Both the position numbers and the translations under genes were made by a program. The notes under the pieces are model-generated. The model saw nothing but the letters and a program-made list of their open reading frames with translations, was not told the origin of the DNA and searched no databases. From Patescibacteria group bacterium (GTDB taxonomy: Bacteria > Patescibacteriota > Microgenomatia > UBA1400 > PJMF01): 64,000 nucleotides of DNA. Positions 49,078 to 58,330 of the stretch are shown in pieces (the stretch's first letter is position 1; each line of letters begins with the position of its first letter). The DNA is taken from NCBI GenBank assembly GCA_039934415.1, contig JBDTME010000006.1, forward strand, positions 17,206-81,205. The letters are read 5' to 3'.

Positions 49078-50101
49078 GCATTTCTTTGAGTTCTTCACTT
49101 GAATTTGTTCTCATGGCTTTCATGCGAACTTCAGCCGCTCCCGGAAAATTGGATAAATACCATGCTATGTGTTTTCTCATAGGCAGAAAATTATAACGTT
49201 CTGTATCTTGAAATGTCTGTTCGTATAACTGTGCGTGTTCAATAGCGACGGCGAATCGTTCTGCCACCGTTGCTTCATGTTCTTGGAAAATCCAAGGATT
49301 TCCCCAGGTGGCTCGCCCGATGAGCACGCCATCTAAACCATATTTAGCAATCTTTTCTCTGGCTTCTGGCACATTTTTAATATCGCCATTTCCCATAATT
49401 AAGGTAGGAGTTTGATGAACCAACTCAGCTGCTTTGCCGATTTCATCCCAATCCGCCAATCCTGCATAGCGTTGATTGAGCGTTCGTCCGTGCAGAGCAA
49501 TTGCTGCAAGGTTCATTTCTAATAAAGTGGAAATCCACTCTTTGATGACAGGTTTCTCAAACCCGATACGTGTCTTAACACTGACAGGTAAACGTTGGCG
49601 ATCTTTTAAAATATGTCCTGCTGACCGTTTATTAATCTCTGCTTTGATCTCGTCACTCAATTGGGTATCGTCTACTGTTTTTCCATTGAACCAGTCTTCA
49701 ACGCCATCTTGGACATTTTTGATAATTTCTTGAGCAAGTTGAGGAGTTCTGATCAGAGCGGCACCGCTGCCCAAGTGTGTAACGTTTTTGGCAGGACAAC
49801 CCATGTTGATATCAACGCCGTCAAAACCTAACTGACAGACAATTAAAGCAACGGTTCGAAAATCGGCTGGTGTGTGTCCGTAAATTTGAGCGAGGATTGG
49901 GCGTTGCGTCTCATCAAACAAAAAATCTTTGAGCAAGCGAGTCGCGCCATGCGTAATGCCTTCAACGCAAGTGAACTCAGTATATGTGAGAGCGTGCTTG
50001 CCATATTTTTTTTGAATAAATCGGCACGGATGATCAGTCACTCCATCCATAGGGGAGAGACCAATAAAACCAGTTGGTAGGGTAGACCAGCAGTTGTCCA
50101 T
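49064..50101 (-). CDS. tRNA-dihydrouridine synthase (Dus family)
   Basis: TIM-barrel Dus motifs (LSPMDGVTD, DINMGCPAKNV, catalytic Cys, KTRIG). Start set at the internal MDNCW because the longer ORF overlaps the upstream gene. The 3' end overlaps tRNA-Val by 14 nt on the opposite strand. Confidence 0.85.
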   Translation of the reverse strand: MDNCWSTLPTGFIGLSPMDGVTDHPCRFIQKKYGKHALTYTEFTCVEGITHGATRLLKDFLFDETQRPILAQIYGHTPADFRTVALIVCQLGFDGVDINMGCPAKNVTHLGSGAALIRTPQLAQEIIKNVQDGVEDWFNGKTVDDTQLSDEIKAEINKRSAGHILKDRQRLPVSVKTRIGFEKPVIKEWISTLLEMNLAAIALHGRTLNQRYAGLADWDEIGKAAELVHQTPTLIMGNGDIKNVPEAREKIAKYGLDGVLIGRATWGNPWIFQEHEATVAERFAVAIEHAQLYEQTFQDTERYNFLPMRKHIAWYLSNFPGAAEVRMKAMRTNSSEELKEMLVAV

Positions 50102-50135
50102 CTGGGAATTATACAATAAGTTGTGAAAAGTAGCT

Positions 50136-50744
50136 TTAAAAGCCGAGTTTTTCCTTAACGAAGAGCACCGTAATTCGGCCAGGAGTTCCTTCTTTGTTGA
50201 AAATGAGCAATTTGTTAATGCTACTCCCCATCTTATAGAGTTGTTGCATATGTTCATCTTCGAGTGGGAAGATGTATTCTTCGAGTCTTTTCATCGCTTG
50301 ATCAAGATGTGGTACGATTTTTTGTGTACCAACAACCCAGATGACGTGTTGAGATCCGTAGGCATAGCCAGGTAATTGGCTACCGGTATTCGAGGCGATT
50401 AATACTTTACCGTCTTCTGTGATTGCATGCACGCTACCAATTGACCATTCTGGAGCTGCTCCAAGTTTCTGCATTTCTCCGGTTTGGGTGTTGCGATCCA
50501 TGGACATTAATTTTTTCTTTACTGAATCGTACTTTCCAGATTCGTTAATAGCTTCGACAACACCGATGGTCTCAAGTGTTACTGAAGACATTGTCATGAC
50601 CTCTGCCTGTTCAGGAATTGTTTTTAAAATCCATTCTTTGGCTTCTGCGCCGGTGTTCACTGTTTGTGACTCAATGCCGTTTGCTTTCAATGCTGCAATG
50701 GTTGTTTGTAATGAAGTGTCGTTTGCGAGTGTGTCGAATGACAT
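50136..50744 (-). CDS. LUD-domain protein (LutC/YkgG-like, DUF162)
   Basis: About 200 aa matching the LutC-family layout; start chosen at MSFDTLANDTS. Confidence 0.6.
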   Translation of the reverse strand: MSFDTLANDTSLQTTIAALKANGIESQTVNTGAEAKEWILKTIPEQAEVMTMSSVTLETIGVVEAINESGKYDSVKKKLMSMDRNTQTGEMQKLGAAPEWSIGSVHAITEDGKVLIASNTGSQLPGYAYGSQHVIWVVGTQKIVPHLDQAMKRLEEYIFPLEDEHMQQLYKMGSSINKLLIFNKEGTPGRITVLFVKEKLGF

Positions 50745-50848
50745 ATGAATCCTTTTTGGAGTATTTATTGATGTTTGTCTATAATAGTCTACTTTCCATG
50801 GATTCACAAGCCATAGTTTTGTTTTCGATGCAGCTGTGACAAAATAGG

Positions 50849-51631
50849 GTGAATTATCCAGAGAAAGATAGCCGAATGGTAACAAGTTCAAATCGTTTTT
50901 ACGATACATATCATAAGAAAAATCGTAACTCGCTGTATCACGCCATTATTACTGATAGTAACTTTACGTACTTTTACACGCTCAAGTACTTAAAAAAAGT
51001 ATTGGAAATGTTTGGACTAAAAAAATTGGAGATCTTGGACTTAGGATGTGGAGTAGGCACGATTGATTTTTATCTCGCGAAAAAAGGACATGAGTTGACA
51101 GGGATTGATATTTCTCAAGATGCTATCGATATTTGTAATCAGGTCAAAAAAGAATTGGAATTTCTGAACGCAACCTTTGTACAAGGTGACGTTCAAAAAA
51201 CTCATTTTAAAAAAAAGTTTGACTTTGTCATTTGTTCAGAAGTGATCGAACATGTTGAGGATGACGTAGGGTTACTGAAAACCATCGGCAACTTATTGAC
51301 TGATTCAGGTGTGTTGTTATTAACGACTCCCTCTGTCAATGCTCCGTTATATCGTCTGGGCTTTTTGAAAAGTTTTGAGCGACGTGTTGGTCACCTTCGA
51401 CGATATCAGATGAAGAAATTAATTGAGTTGATCGAACAAGCTGGTTTTGAAATCGTGGAAACGGCAAAAACAGAAAGTGTCGTACGTAATGCTTTGTACA
51501 CCTTTCCAATTCTAGGTTATTTGATCAAAGGTCTTCGAGGGCCACTCGTACCTGTCTTTCATTTTTTTGATCAAATGGGTACTACTTTAGTTGGAGAAAG
51601 TGATTTAGTTATCATCGCGAGAAAGTTATGA
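50849..51631 (+). CDS. Class I SAM-dependent methyltransferase
   Basis: Motif I ILDLGCGVGTI, motif post-I DISQDAI and motif II FDFVICSEVIEH. Confidence 0.8.
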   Translation: MNYPEKDSRMVTSSNRFYDTYHKKNRNSLYHAIITDSNFTYFYTLKYLKKVLEMFGLKKLEILDLGCGVGTIDFYLAKKGHELTGIDISQDAIDICNQVKKELEFLNATFVQGDVQKTHFKKKFDFVICSEVIEHVEDDVGLLKTIGNLLTDSGVLLLTTPSVNAPLYRLGFLKSFERRVGHLRRYQMKKLIELIEQAGFEIVETAKTESVVRNALYTFPILGYLIKGLRGPLVPVFHFFDQMGTTLVGESDLVIIARKL

Positions 51632-52710
51632 CACAGGTTCTTTTCTTAACTCGTTTGTACTCACCTTATATCGGAGGTGTAGAGACTCACGTATTGAATG
51701 TAACAAAAGAGTTGCAGCAAAAGGGTTATCAAGTAAGTATTTTAACCGAGCAGTTTGAGTCGGATCTGCTCGAGCATGAGCAACTCAATGGCATAGATAT
51801 CATTCGAATTCCAGAAAATGCGATACTAAGTAAGGTTACTTTGTGGAAGTGGATCTGGTCTCACCGTGAGTTGTTCATCAAAGCAGACATTGTTCATGTT
51901 CATGATGTGTTTTGGTGGGTGGTACCCGTTTTACCTTTAATGAAGTCAAAGTACTTCGTCACCTTTCATGGTTGGGAAGGCCAATTTCCGATTAAAAAAA
52001 CTGCGATTTTACAACGTCAAGCCGCTGCTAAACTAGCGAAAGGTGTCATCCAAGTTGGGGAGTATATAGAAAAATGGTATAAGACAAAACCAGACATTGT
52101 TACATATGGTGGTAGTGATTCAGTTCAACCAGGGTCAAACTTGGCTCAAAATATTTTAAAGAAAGTCTTTTCTGCAGCGAAACAAGGTCGATTTATTTCG
52201 CAAGAAAAACAGACCTATGAAGCTGTTTTCGTCGGTAGATTGTCAGAAGATAATGACATAAGTACCGTTTGTGAGTTTTTTTCATTACTAAAAAACGAAC
52301 ATCCAAATGCACATTTTTTGTTCATTGGAGATGGTCCGCTTGCGGAACTGTGTAAATCTATTGGAACGGTGACCGGTTTTGTGCCAGATGTTGACAAGTA
52401 TCTTGTTGAATCAAAAATGGTTTGTGCCAACTCATATTTATCAATCCTTAATGCTCAGTCGTTGGGGAAGTTGGTATGTTCTTTTTATTCAAACCAGTTA
52501 AAAAAAGACTACTTAACAGAGTATCCCCAGGCAAAAAATATGATCATTGTCGGAACAGCAAAAGAAGGTGTGCAGAAATTAACAAATATGAAGAAGAATC
52601 CTCCGCTGTTGAAAGCAAAAATAAAGCAGGCGAGTGAGTGGGCAAAGCTGCAAACTTGGCAAAAAGTGTCACAACACTATGAATATCTTTGGAAGAAAGT
52701 AAGAGTATGA
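51628..52710 (+). CDS. Glycosyltransferase family 4-like (GT-B)
   Basis: N-terminal GT4-like domain (LFLTRLYSPYIGGVETHV) and C-terminal EX7E-like region. Overlaps neighbours at both ends, so it sits in an operon. Confidence 0.65.
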   Translation: MTQVLFLTRLYSPYIGGVETHVLNVTKELQQKGYQVSILTEQFESDLLEHEQLNGIDIIRIPENAILSKVTLWKWIWSHRELFIKADIVHVHDVFWWVVPVLPLMKSKYFVTFHGWEGQFPIKKTAILQRQAAAKLAKGVIQVGEYIEKWYKTKPDIVTYGGSDSVQPGSNLAQNILKKVFSAAKQGRFISQEKQTYEAVFVGRLSEDNDISTVCEFFSLLKNEHPNAHFLFIGDGPLAELCKSIGTVTGFVPDVDKYLVESKMVCANSYLSILNAQSLGKLVCSFYSNQLKKDYLTEYPQAKNMIIVGTAKEGVQKLTNMKKNPPLLKAKIKQASEWAKLQTWQKVSQHYEYLWKKVRV

Positions 52711-53654
52711 AAGTTACCGTGGTGATACCACTTTTAAATGAAGTACTCAGTCTTGATGCTTTACTACATGCATTGATGAAGCAGACTCTTTCTCCAACTG
52801 AAGTGATTTTAGTTGATGGTGGGTCAAAAGATGGATCGATAGAAAAAATCCAAGAATGGCAACAAAAAAAATTATCGTTCAATTTGGTGCTTCTTGAGAA
52901 ACTGGGTGCGAATCGATCGGTCGCTCGCAATTTTGGAATCAAGGAAGCAAGAACCGAAGTGATTGCTCTGACCGATGCGGGATGCAAACCAAAAGCCGAC
53001 TGGCTGGAAAAGTTGACGACACCATTTATTGACGAAGAACGGACTGAAGTTGTGGCAGGTTTCTATGACCCAGCTCCGCAAAACTGGTGGGAGGATGTGC
53101 TTGCTGATTATACGTGTACTCGTGACTGGAATTTCCAACCTAATACTTTTCTACCATCGTCTCGTTCATTAGCTATCACTAAGACAATTTGGCATAAAGT
53201 CGGCGGATACCCAGAGCATCTCAATACGTGTGAGGATCTCATTTTTGCGGAAAAATTAAAAAACAAGTCAAAACACTGGCAAGTGGTTAAAGAGGCCCAA
53301 GTGATCTGGAACCAACCTCACAATTTATCTGAACTCAGTCAAAAAATTTTCGGATACGCCACAGGGGATTTACAGGCCAAGTATGAACGACACGTCAACA
53401 AGATTTATTCAGCGATGTGGAGAATTATTGTTCTGATTTGTGTGGCAGTTCCAGCAGCGTTTATTGGTCAGCCGATAATTCGAGTATTTGGGTTATCCTT
53501 TTTTGCCCTCTATATCGTAGGTAGCCTGGGCAAACATCCTAGAATGCTCAAGTATCCCTTGGCGATTTTCGCCATCCCAGTCATTCAGCTCACCGTTGAT
53601 GCCTCGCTCGTTCAAGCTCTGATCTATCACAAGCTATCCTCTCAATATAAGTAG
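52707..53654 (+). CDS. Glycosyltransferase family 2 with C-terminal TM helices
   Basis: VVIPLLNE ... VILVDGGSKDGS ... DAG(C) DxD-like motifs of GT2. Confidence 0.8.
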   Translation: MKVTVVIPLLNEVLSLDALLHALMKQTLSPTEVILVDGGSKDGSIEKIQEWQQKKLSFNLVLLEKLGANRSVARNFGIKEARTEVIALTDAGCKPKADWLEKLTTPFIDEERTEVVAGFYDPAPQNWWEDVLADYTCTRDWNFQPNTFLPSSRSLAITKTIWHKVGGYPEHLNTCEDLIFAEKLKNKSKHWQVVKEAQVIWNQPHNLSELSQKIFGYATGDLQAKYERHVNKIYSAMWRIIVLICVAVPAAFIGQPIIRVFGLSFFALYIVGSLGKHPRMLKYPLAIFAIPVIQLTVDASLVQALIYHKLSSQYK

Positions 53655-55360
53655 CTTTTTTTCTGGTAAAATAGGTCACAATCTGGAGAGGTCGCATAGT
53701 GGCCTAGTGCATCGGTCTTGAAAACCGACATCCGAAAGGATCGAGGGTTCGAATCCCTCCCTCTCCGCCATCGTGTACGAATGGCTAAAAGAGCTTCCGA
53801 TTGTTCGGGTGAATAGGGCTTTTCTGTGAGTTCTAACGAAAGGTATTTCTGTTCTAGAGCAGGATAGGCTTTTTTGATCTCTGCGAAGTGTTCTGTGAGC
53901 TCTATATAGAGCTTTCCTGCCTTGATTTTAGGACCATATCCCAATGCCATAAGGATTTCTTTCTTCAGTTCTAACCCTCCATGAAGGAATGCTTCGTGAG
54001 CGTAGGTGGCGAAGTGAAAAGTTCTCTCTGTAAGCTCGAGCCACTCAACGGCTCGCTGCTCAGTTCTTCTGAGTTTCTCCTTTAGTTCGGTAATTTTGGT
54101 TTGAAGTTCGTTCCTTTGTTTCACAAACATGTCATCGTCAATGAGTTCTCTAAACCTCATCTTGGTTAAGTTGTCGAGCTCTGTTTGTGTAGTGACTAAC
54201 GTTTTATGTTGCATGTCATAAATTTTGCTGCGGTCTTCAATTTCTCGGTCGTTGTTTTCATTGAGGACTTCTAGTGCCCAATCTTTAAACTCGGGGAGGA
54301 TGGTAATAGCATCCAGTTCTGTTTCGATTTGCTCTTCGAGTTTTTCGAGTGGGACCACTTTCCTTTGAGTACATTTTATGGTCGTTTTCTTCCTGGTACA
54401 GTGATAATAGGTGTACTCTTTAATCTCACCAGTTTTCTTAATGAATTTTTTCTTCGTTTCGGCGGTATATAGACAGCCACATTCTCCACACCGAACAAAA
54501 CCAGTAAAGGCAAACTCATGCTTCTTGGGGCGTGGTTTACCTTTTCTTCCCATCAATACTTGCACTCGGTCAAACTCTTCCAAGGTGATCATGGGATCAT
54601 GTTTGCCTTCATAGTGTGTGCCTTTATGATTAAGAATGCCTGCATAGAAGACACTATTGAAAATCTTGTAGATCCCGCTTCGAGAAAGCGGTTTTCCTCC
54701 TAAGCGTTTCGTTTTTCTGGTGAGGTAACCCCATTCTTCATTGGCGACTTTCAAAATTTGTGGTGGAGTATACGCTCCAGTCAGCATTAAGTCCCACATC
54801 TTACTAATCAGGTTAAATCGATCTGTATCTTTGGCAATGGTGTTTTCAGTTCTGTCATTGAGATATCCAGCTGGAGCCATGTTGGGGAGCCAGCCTTTTT
54901 GTAACTTTGTCTCTATACCACGTTTCACATTCTTGCTTAGGTCCAGAATGTATTGATTGGAACTAGCGGCTTCAACACTGAAGATAATAACGTTATCACC
55001 TGGTAAATATTCACGATCATAGGTTTGAATTGACTTGAGCACACTTTGTTGGAGTAACCAACTGACACGACCACTGTCAATCGGGTTCCTGGAAAGGCGG
55101 TTAATTTGCCAACAAAGAAGCCCATCAGCCTCACCATTCTCTAATTTATCCATAACCTCTTCAAAGATTGGGCGATTCCCAGGTTTTTTGGCGGATTTTG
55201 CCTCGGTAAAGATTTTTACGATGTGAAGATTATTTTCTTTGGCTAACTGGTTGAGCTTGTTAATTTGGCTCTCAATGGACTGAACTTGCCTGTCTTCGCT
55301 GTCGGAAGACTTGCGTGCGTAGAGAAAGTAGCGGATGTGTTGTCTGTCTTTTGTGATCAT
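53642..55360 (-). CDS. Large serine recombinase (resolvase/invertase catalytic domain + recombinase domain + zinc ribbon)
   Basis: N-terminal YARKSSDSEDRQVQSIESQ catalytic Ser context, a central recombinase domain, a CGECGC...C Zn-ribbon and a coiled coil. The last ~40 codons of the ORF are antisense to tRNA-Ser, so the true C-terminus is uncertain. Confidence 0.85.
   Translation of the reverse strand: MITKDRQHIRYFLYARKSSDSEDRQVQSIESQINKLNQLAKENNLHIVKIFTEAKSAKKPGNRPIFEEVMDKLENGEADGLLCWQINRLSRNPIDSGRVSWLLQQSVLKSIQTYDREYLPGDNVIIFSVEAASSNQYILDLSKNVKRGIETKLQKGWLPNMAPAGYLNDRTENTIAKDTDRFNLISKMWDLMLTGAYTPPQILKVANEEWGYLTRKTKRLGGKPLSRSGIYKIFNSVFYAGILNHKGTHYEGKHDPMITLEEFDRVQVLMGRKGKPRPKKHEFAFTGFVRCGECGCLYTAETKKKFIKKTGEIKEYTYYHCTRKKTTIKCTQRKVVPLEKLEEQIETELDAITILPEFKDWALEVLNENNDREIEDRSKIYDMQHKTLVTTQTELDNLTKMRFRELIDDDMFVKQRNELQTKITELKEKLRRTEQRAVEWLELTERTFHFATYAHEAFLHGGLELKKEILMALGYGPKIKAGKLYIELTEHFAEIKKAYPALEQKYLSLELTEKPYSPEQSEALLAIRTRWRRGRDSNPRSFRMSVFKTDALGHYATSPDCDLFYQKKSYLY
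53685..53770 (+). tRNA. tRNA-Ser (anticodon TGA)
   Basis: Cloverleaf folded manually: acceptor GGAGAGG/CCTCTCC, 3-bp D-stem, anticodon stem TCGGT/ACCGA with loop CTTGAAA, long variable arm, T-arm GAGGG-TTCGAAT-CCCTC, discriminator G and CCA. Confidence 0.9.
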
Positions 55361-55408
55361 GTTCTGTTTTGTATATGATGACTAAAGTACATCATTAGTA
55401 TATACCAC

Positions 55409-56089
55409 TTAGCTTGCTTTATCCAAGAACTCTTTGAATTGAACTAAGCTCTTTTCCATACGCAGATACTTTTTAGTAAATTTGTGGTTGTGTTTTACTC
55501 TTTTCACCTCGTGCAAATGTCGTTCATATCTATGCATCAAAGCTGTTGCATGAAACCAAGAATACATTGAGTGACGATCATTTCTCTTTCGACAGGTATA
55601 GGTCAGTTCAAAGCAATGCCGACAACCAAAAAAGTTTCTGACTTTGTACAATACTCCCACTCTCTTGCCACAAATTAGTCCGTTTTTAGGAACCGGACAG
55701 AGGAACCAATATCGCCACCCACCATAGGTACACGGTGTCCTGGTTAAATAAATTTTCAGTGGATATTTTTGACCATCACTCAAGTCATAGAGTAGGTAGA
55801 GGTAGGGGTGATAGTCCTCAACATGGCTCGAGATACTGAAGGTTTGTGTTTCGTCATCGAGTGAGTTGTACCACTCCATAGCGCCTTGTTTGTCCGCACA
55901 CAGGTAGTGATATTTCCTCAGCCAATAGATGTCGAATTTAAGCAGAAAGTTTGATTCTAGTTTCATATGGGTAGCCTGGGACTGTGTCGAAATCATTAAG
56001 GATGTCATCTCATTCTGTCCTGGTTTTGTCCAACTTTTGTATAACCTCTTTTTCAGTCTCGGGTAGCTGATGGGGTTTGTTTTTCCCAT
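55409..56089 (-). CDS. Hypothetical Cys-rich (zinc-ribbon) protein, island-encoded
   Basis: CPVPKNGLICGKRVG...GCRHC metal-binding-like motifs. No family recognised. Confidence 0.3.
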   Translation of the reverse strand: MGKTNPISYPRLKKRLYKSWTKPGQNEMTSLMISTQSQATHMKLESNFLLKFDIYWLRKYHYLCADKQGAMEWYNSLDDETQTFSISSHVEDYHPYLYLLYDLSDGQKYPLKIYLTRTPCTYGGWRYWFLCPVPKNGLICGKRVGVLYKVRNFFGCRHCFELTYTCRKRNDRHSMYSWFHATALMHRYERHLHEVKRVKHNHKFTKKYLRMEKSLVQFKEFLDKAS

Positions 56090-56397
56090 TGTTCTTTTCG
56101 CCCCAGCCTGCCATAGGTCATCTCGATATCTGGGTCAGGAAAGGGTGGAGTTGGTAATGAATCTCCATAAATCAAGGCTTGCCTATTCTGGGCGTGCAGT
56201 TGCCGGAAAGTACTCATGTCACCACTCTTGAGAGCGGTCTTCATTTTCAAGAACCGCTTGCAACATGCTGAATTTCTAACTCTGGCATAATAGGCTCGCC
56301 ATACTTGTCTTCTTCTGTAAAACTCACCGCTGTCGATGAGCTCTGATGGAACCCTCATTTTTATTTGCTCGTCTGGTTTTTCTTTCTTAAATGCCAT
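56053..56397 (-). CDS. Hypothetical basic protein (114 aa)
   Basis: ORF overlapping its neighbours by a few codons in an operon-like arrangement. Confidence 0.3.
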   Translation of the reverse strand: MAFKKEKPDEQIKMRVPSELIDSGEFYRRRQVWRAYYARVRNSACCKRFLKMKTALKSGDMSTFRQLHAQNRQALIYGDSLPTPPFPDPDIEMTYGRLGRKEQWEKQTPSATRD

Positions 56398-57154
56398 ACT
56401 TTTTACCTCCTTTACTCAATGTATTGGCCACATTCATCAGATCCCAACCGTTCTCATTCCAGAACTTATCTTTGTCCATTGCATTCAAACAATGATTAAT
56501 TTGTTCATCGCTGAAACCAGCTTTATAAAGTTTATGCAAAGCACTTATTTGTTTAGGAAAATTCACAAACTTTTTACCAAACTCAGCTTCGACTGAGTGA
56601 ATATTTTCAATGCACTTTTGATGACCTTGAAGGTTTGGACAAATTGTTTTCCGAGAAACTTTAGGTTTTTCGCTAGGACCACTTTCAAGTAGGCTGGTAA
56701 TATTTTCTTCTTTCCCTTGTTCTTCTTTAGTGTCCCTCAGCTGGGACGATGTTTGTCCCCGATTTGAAACGATCTCTTTGTTTTCTGAAGATTGTCCCCC
56801 GTTTGGGACGATCTTTTTGTGACGGTAAAATTCGGCATTCTGCTCCCATAAATCAACAATGGCATACGTCGTTCGAGGTTTGGTTTTGGCGGGAATTGTC
56901 CCTGAAGTTTTAATCCAACCACGATTAATCAAGGACTCTAAAAGACGGTAGACAGTGTTTTTACTGATACCACATTTCTTTCCCAGCTCTCTAGCCGAAT
57001 AGTAAACTCTGCCACGTTCACCAGCGATGCGTTTTAGCGTTAGATAAAAACCTCTTTCTTCTAGAGTTGAATGATTCACAATGTAATTAGGGACAATGGA
57101 GAAGTAGGCTCTATCGCTTGACTCATCTTTGATATTAAATTCTGTTTGTTTCAT
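56387..57154 (-). CDS. Winged-helix/HTH DNA-binding protein, putative replication initiator or organizer, with internal iteron-like repeats
   Basis: N-terminal wHTH (ARELGKKCGISKNTVYRLLESLINRGWI) resembles phage/plasmid Rep or DnaD-like initiators. The central coding region holds three copies of GTCCC-N5/6-GGGAC/GAAAC. Confidence 0.45.
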   Translation of the reverse strand: MKQTEFNIKDESSDRAYFSIVPNYIVNHSTLEERGFYLTLKRIAGERGRVYYSARELGKKCGISKNTVYRLLESLINRGWIKTSGTIPAKTKPRTTYAIVDLWEQNAEFYRHKKIVPNGGQSSENKEIVSNRGQTSSQLRDTKEEQGKEENITSLLESGPSEKPKVSRKTICPNLQGHQKCIENIHSVEAEFGKKFVNFPKQISALHKLYKAGFSDEQINHCLNAMDKDKFWNENGWDLMNVANTLSKGGKKYGI

Positions 57155-57345
57155 AACAACTCGAGTTGTTTCTTCCGCTCCATGACTTGTTGGTACTGAA
57201 CTTTCGTCATTGGTTTGTAAATAATCTGCATGAGTCGAACTAGGGAGAGTCCTTTTTCATACGCGTCTTCATAACTAATCTCTTTGCCGAATCGAGCTTT
57301 ATAGAGCATTTGGTATTTTTCAACTTGAGCCTCTGTAATAAACAT
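57151..57345 (-). CDS. Hypothetical small protein (64 aa)
   Basis: ORF whose stop overlaps the start of the downstream gene. Confidence 0.3.
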   Translation of the reverse strand: MFITEAQVEKYQMLYKARFGKEISYEDAYEKGLSLVRLMQIIYKPMTKVQYQQVMERKKQLELL

Positions 57346-57347
57346 AG

Positions 57348-57644
57348 CTAGACCGCCGTGCTATAAATTCTATTTTTAAGCATCTTCGTGTTTTCAAAGA
57401 AAGAACGCGCTTCAACTATCAAACGGCCAGCAAAATACTCCTGGACCGAATATTCAAGTTCTGGTGTTTTAAGAAAAATGAAACCAATTTTGCGAACATT
57501 GTCGCGATTCAATGAAAGAAGCTCGTAGTGAAGAGTAACGAGTGCTGAAGAGAGTCCAATGTCGTAACTGAGGAAATGGTGGTCACCCTGAAGGTTCCCT
57601 AATATTGTGTTCATAGTATGTTCTGCTAGCTCAAGTCTAGGCAA
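57348..57644 (-). CDS. Hypothetical protein (98 aa)
   Basis: ORF; first structural gene downstream of the XRE regulator. Confidence 0.3.
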   Translation of the reverse strand: MPRLELAEHTMNTILGNLQGDHHFLSYDIGLSSALVTLHYELLSLNRDNVRKIGFIFLKTPELEYSVQEYFAGRLIVEARSFFENTKMLKNRIYSTAV

Positions 57645-57953
57645 AACATACCGACAGATCTAGAAAGTTTGTGGTTGTTTAGGTTTATTTGTGAAGGAGA
57701 GTACCAGCTATTGTTTGGTTTGAGTTGTTTTTGTTACACTCCGATTAATGAAAAGATCATTTTCTGATAAAGAGAAACTCAATAATGTTGTCTAAAAAAT
57801 TAATCGATGAGTACAAACAAATTATTAAGGAAGATTATGGACTTGAGTTGTCAGACGAGGATGCACATGACTGTGCTACCAATCTCGTCGATTACTTCGA
57901 GTTACTAATGAAAATCGATCACCAAACGAAAGTGAAGAAAGAAGAGTAAAGGT

Positions 57954-58181
57954 CTAAAAAGGGAGCAGCTCGCAAGAATCTACTTTTAATGCCTTGGAGA
58001 TTTTGTAAAGTGTTCTGACCGTGGGGTTTCGCTCACCTCGTTCAATAAGTCCAATGTAGGTTCGATCCATCGAAACCATGACAGCAAGTGCTTCTTGTGT
58101 GACACCTTTACTCTTCCTAGTTTGTTGAAGCTTTTGGCCGAATTTCTCTAGTATGTGTTTGTGAGTGATAGGTTTTCCCAT
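57954..58181 (-). CDS. XRE-family helix-turn-helix transcriptional regulator (Cro/CI-type)
   Basis: HTH_XRE signature QEALAVMVSMDRTYIGLIERGERNPTVRTLYKISKAL. Confidence 0.85.
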   Translation of the reverse strand: MGKPITHKHILEKFGQKLQQTRKSKGVTQEALAVMVSMDRTYIGLIERGERNPTVRTLYKISKALKVDSCELLPF

Positions 58182-58330
58182 TCCTCATACTTTAGAGACT
58201 CCCTGTCTTCTTTTCCTCTGACTCCTTGTCATCATTTATGTTATACTTGGCCTGGTAGTAGGAGCAGTTTCGATTTGACTTTCCAGGCTAAAGGAAGGTA
58301 ACATCTCGAAACTTACGGGAGGAAAAGCCT

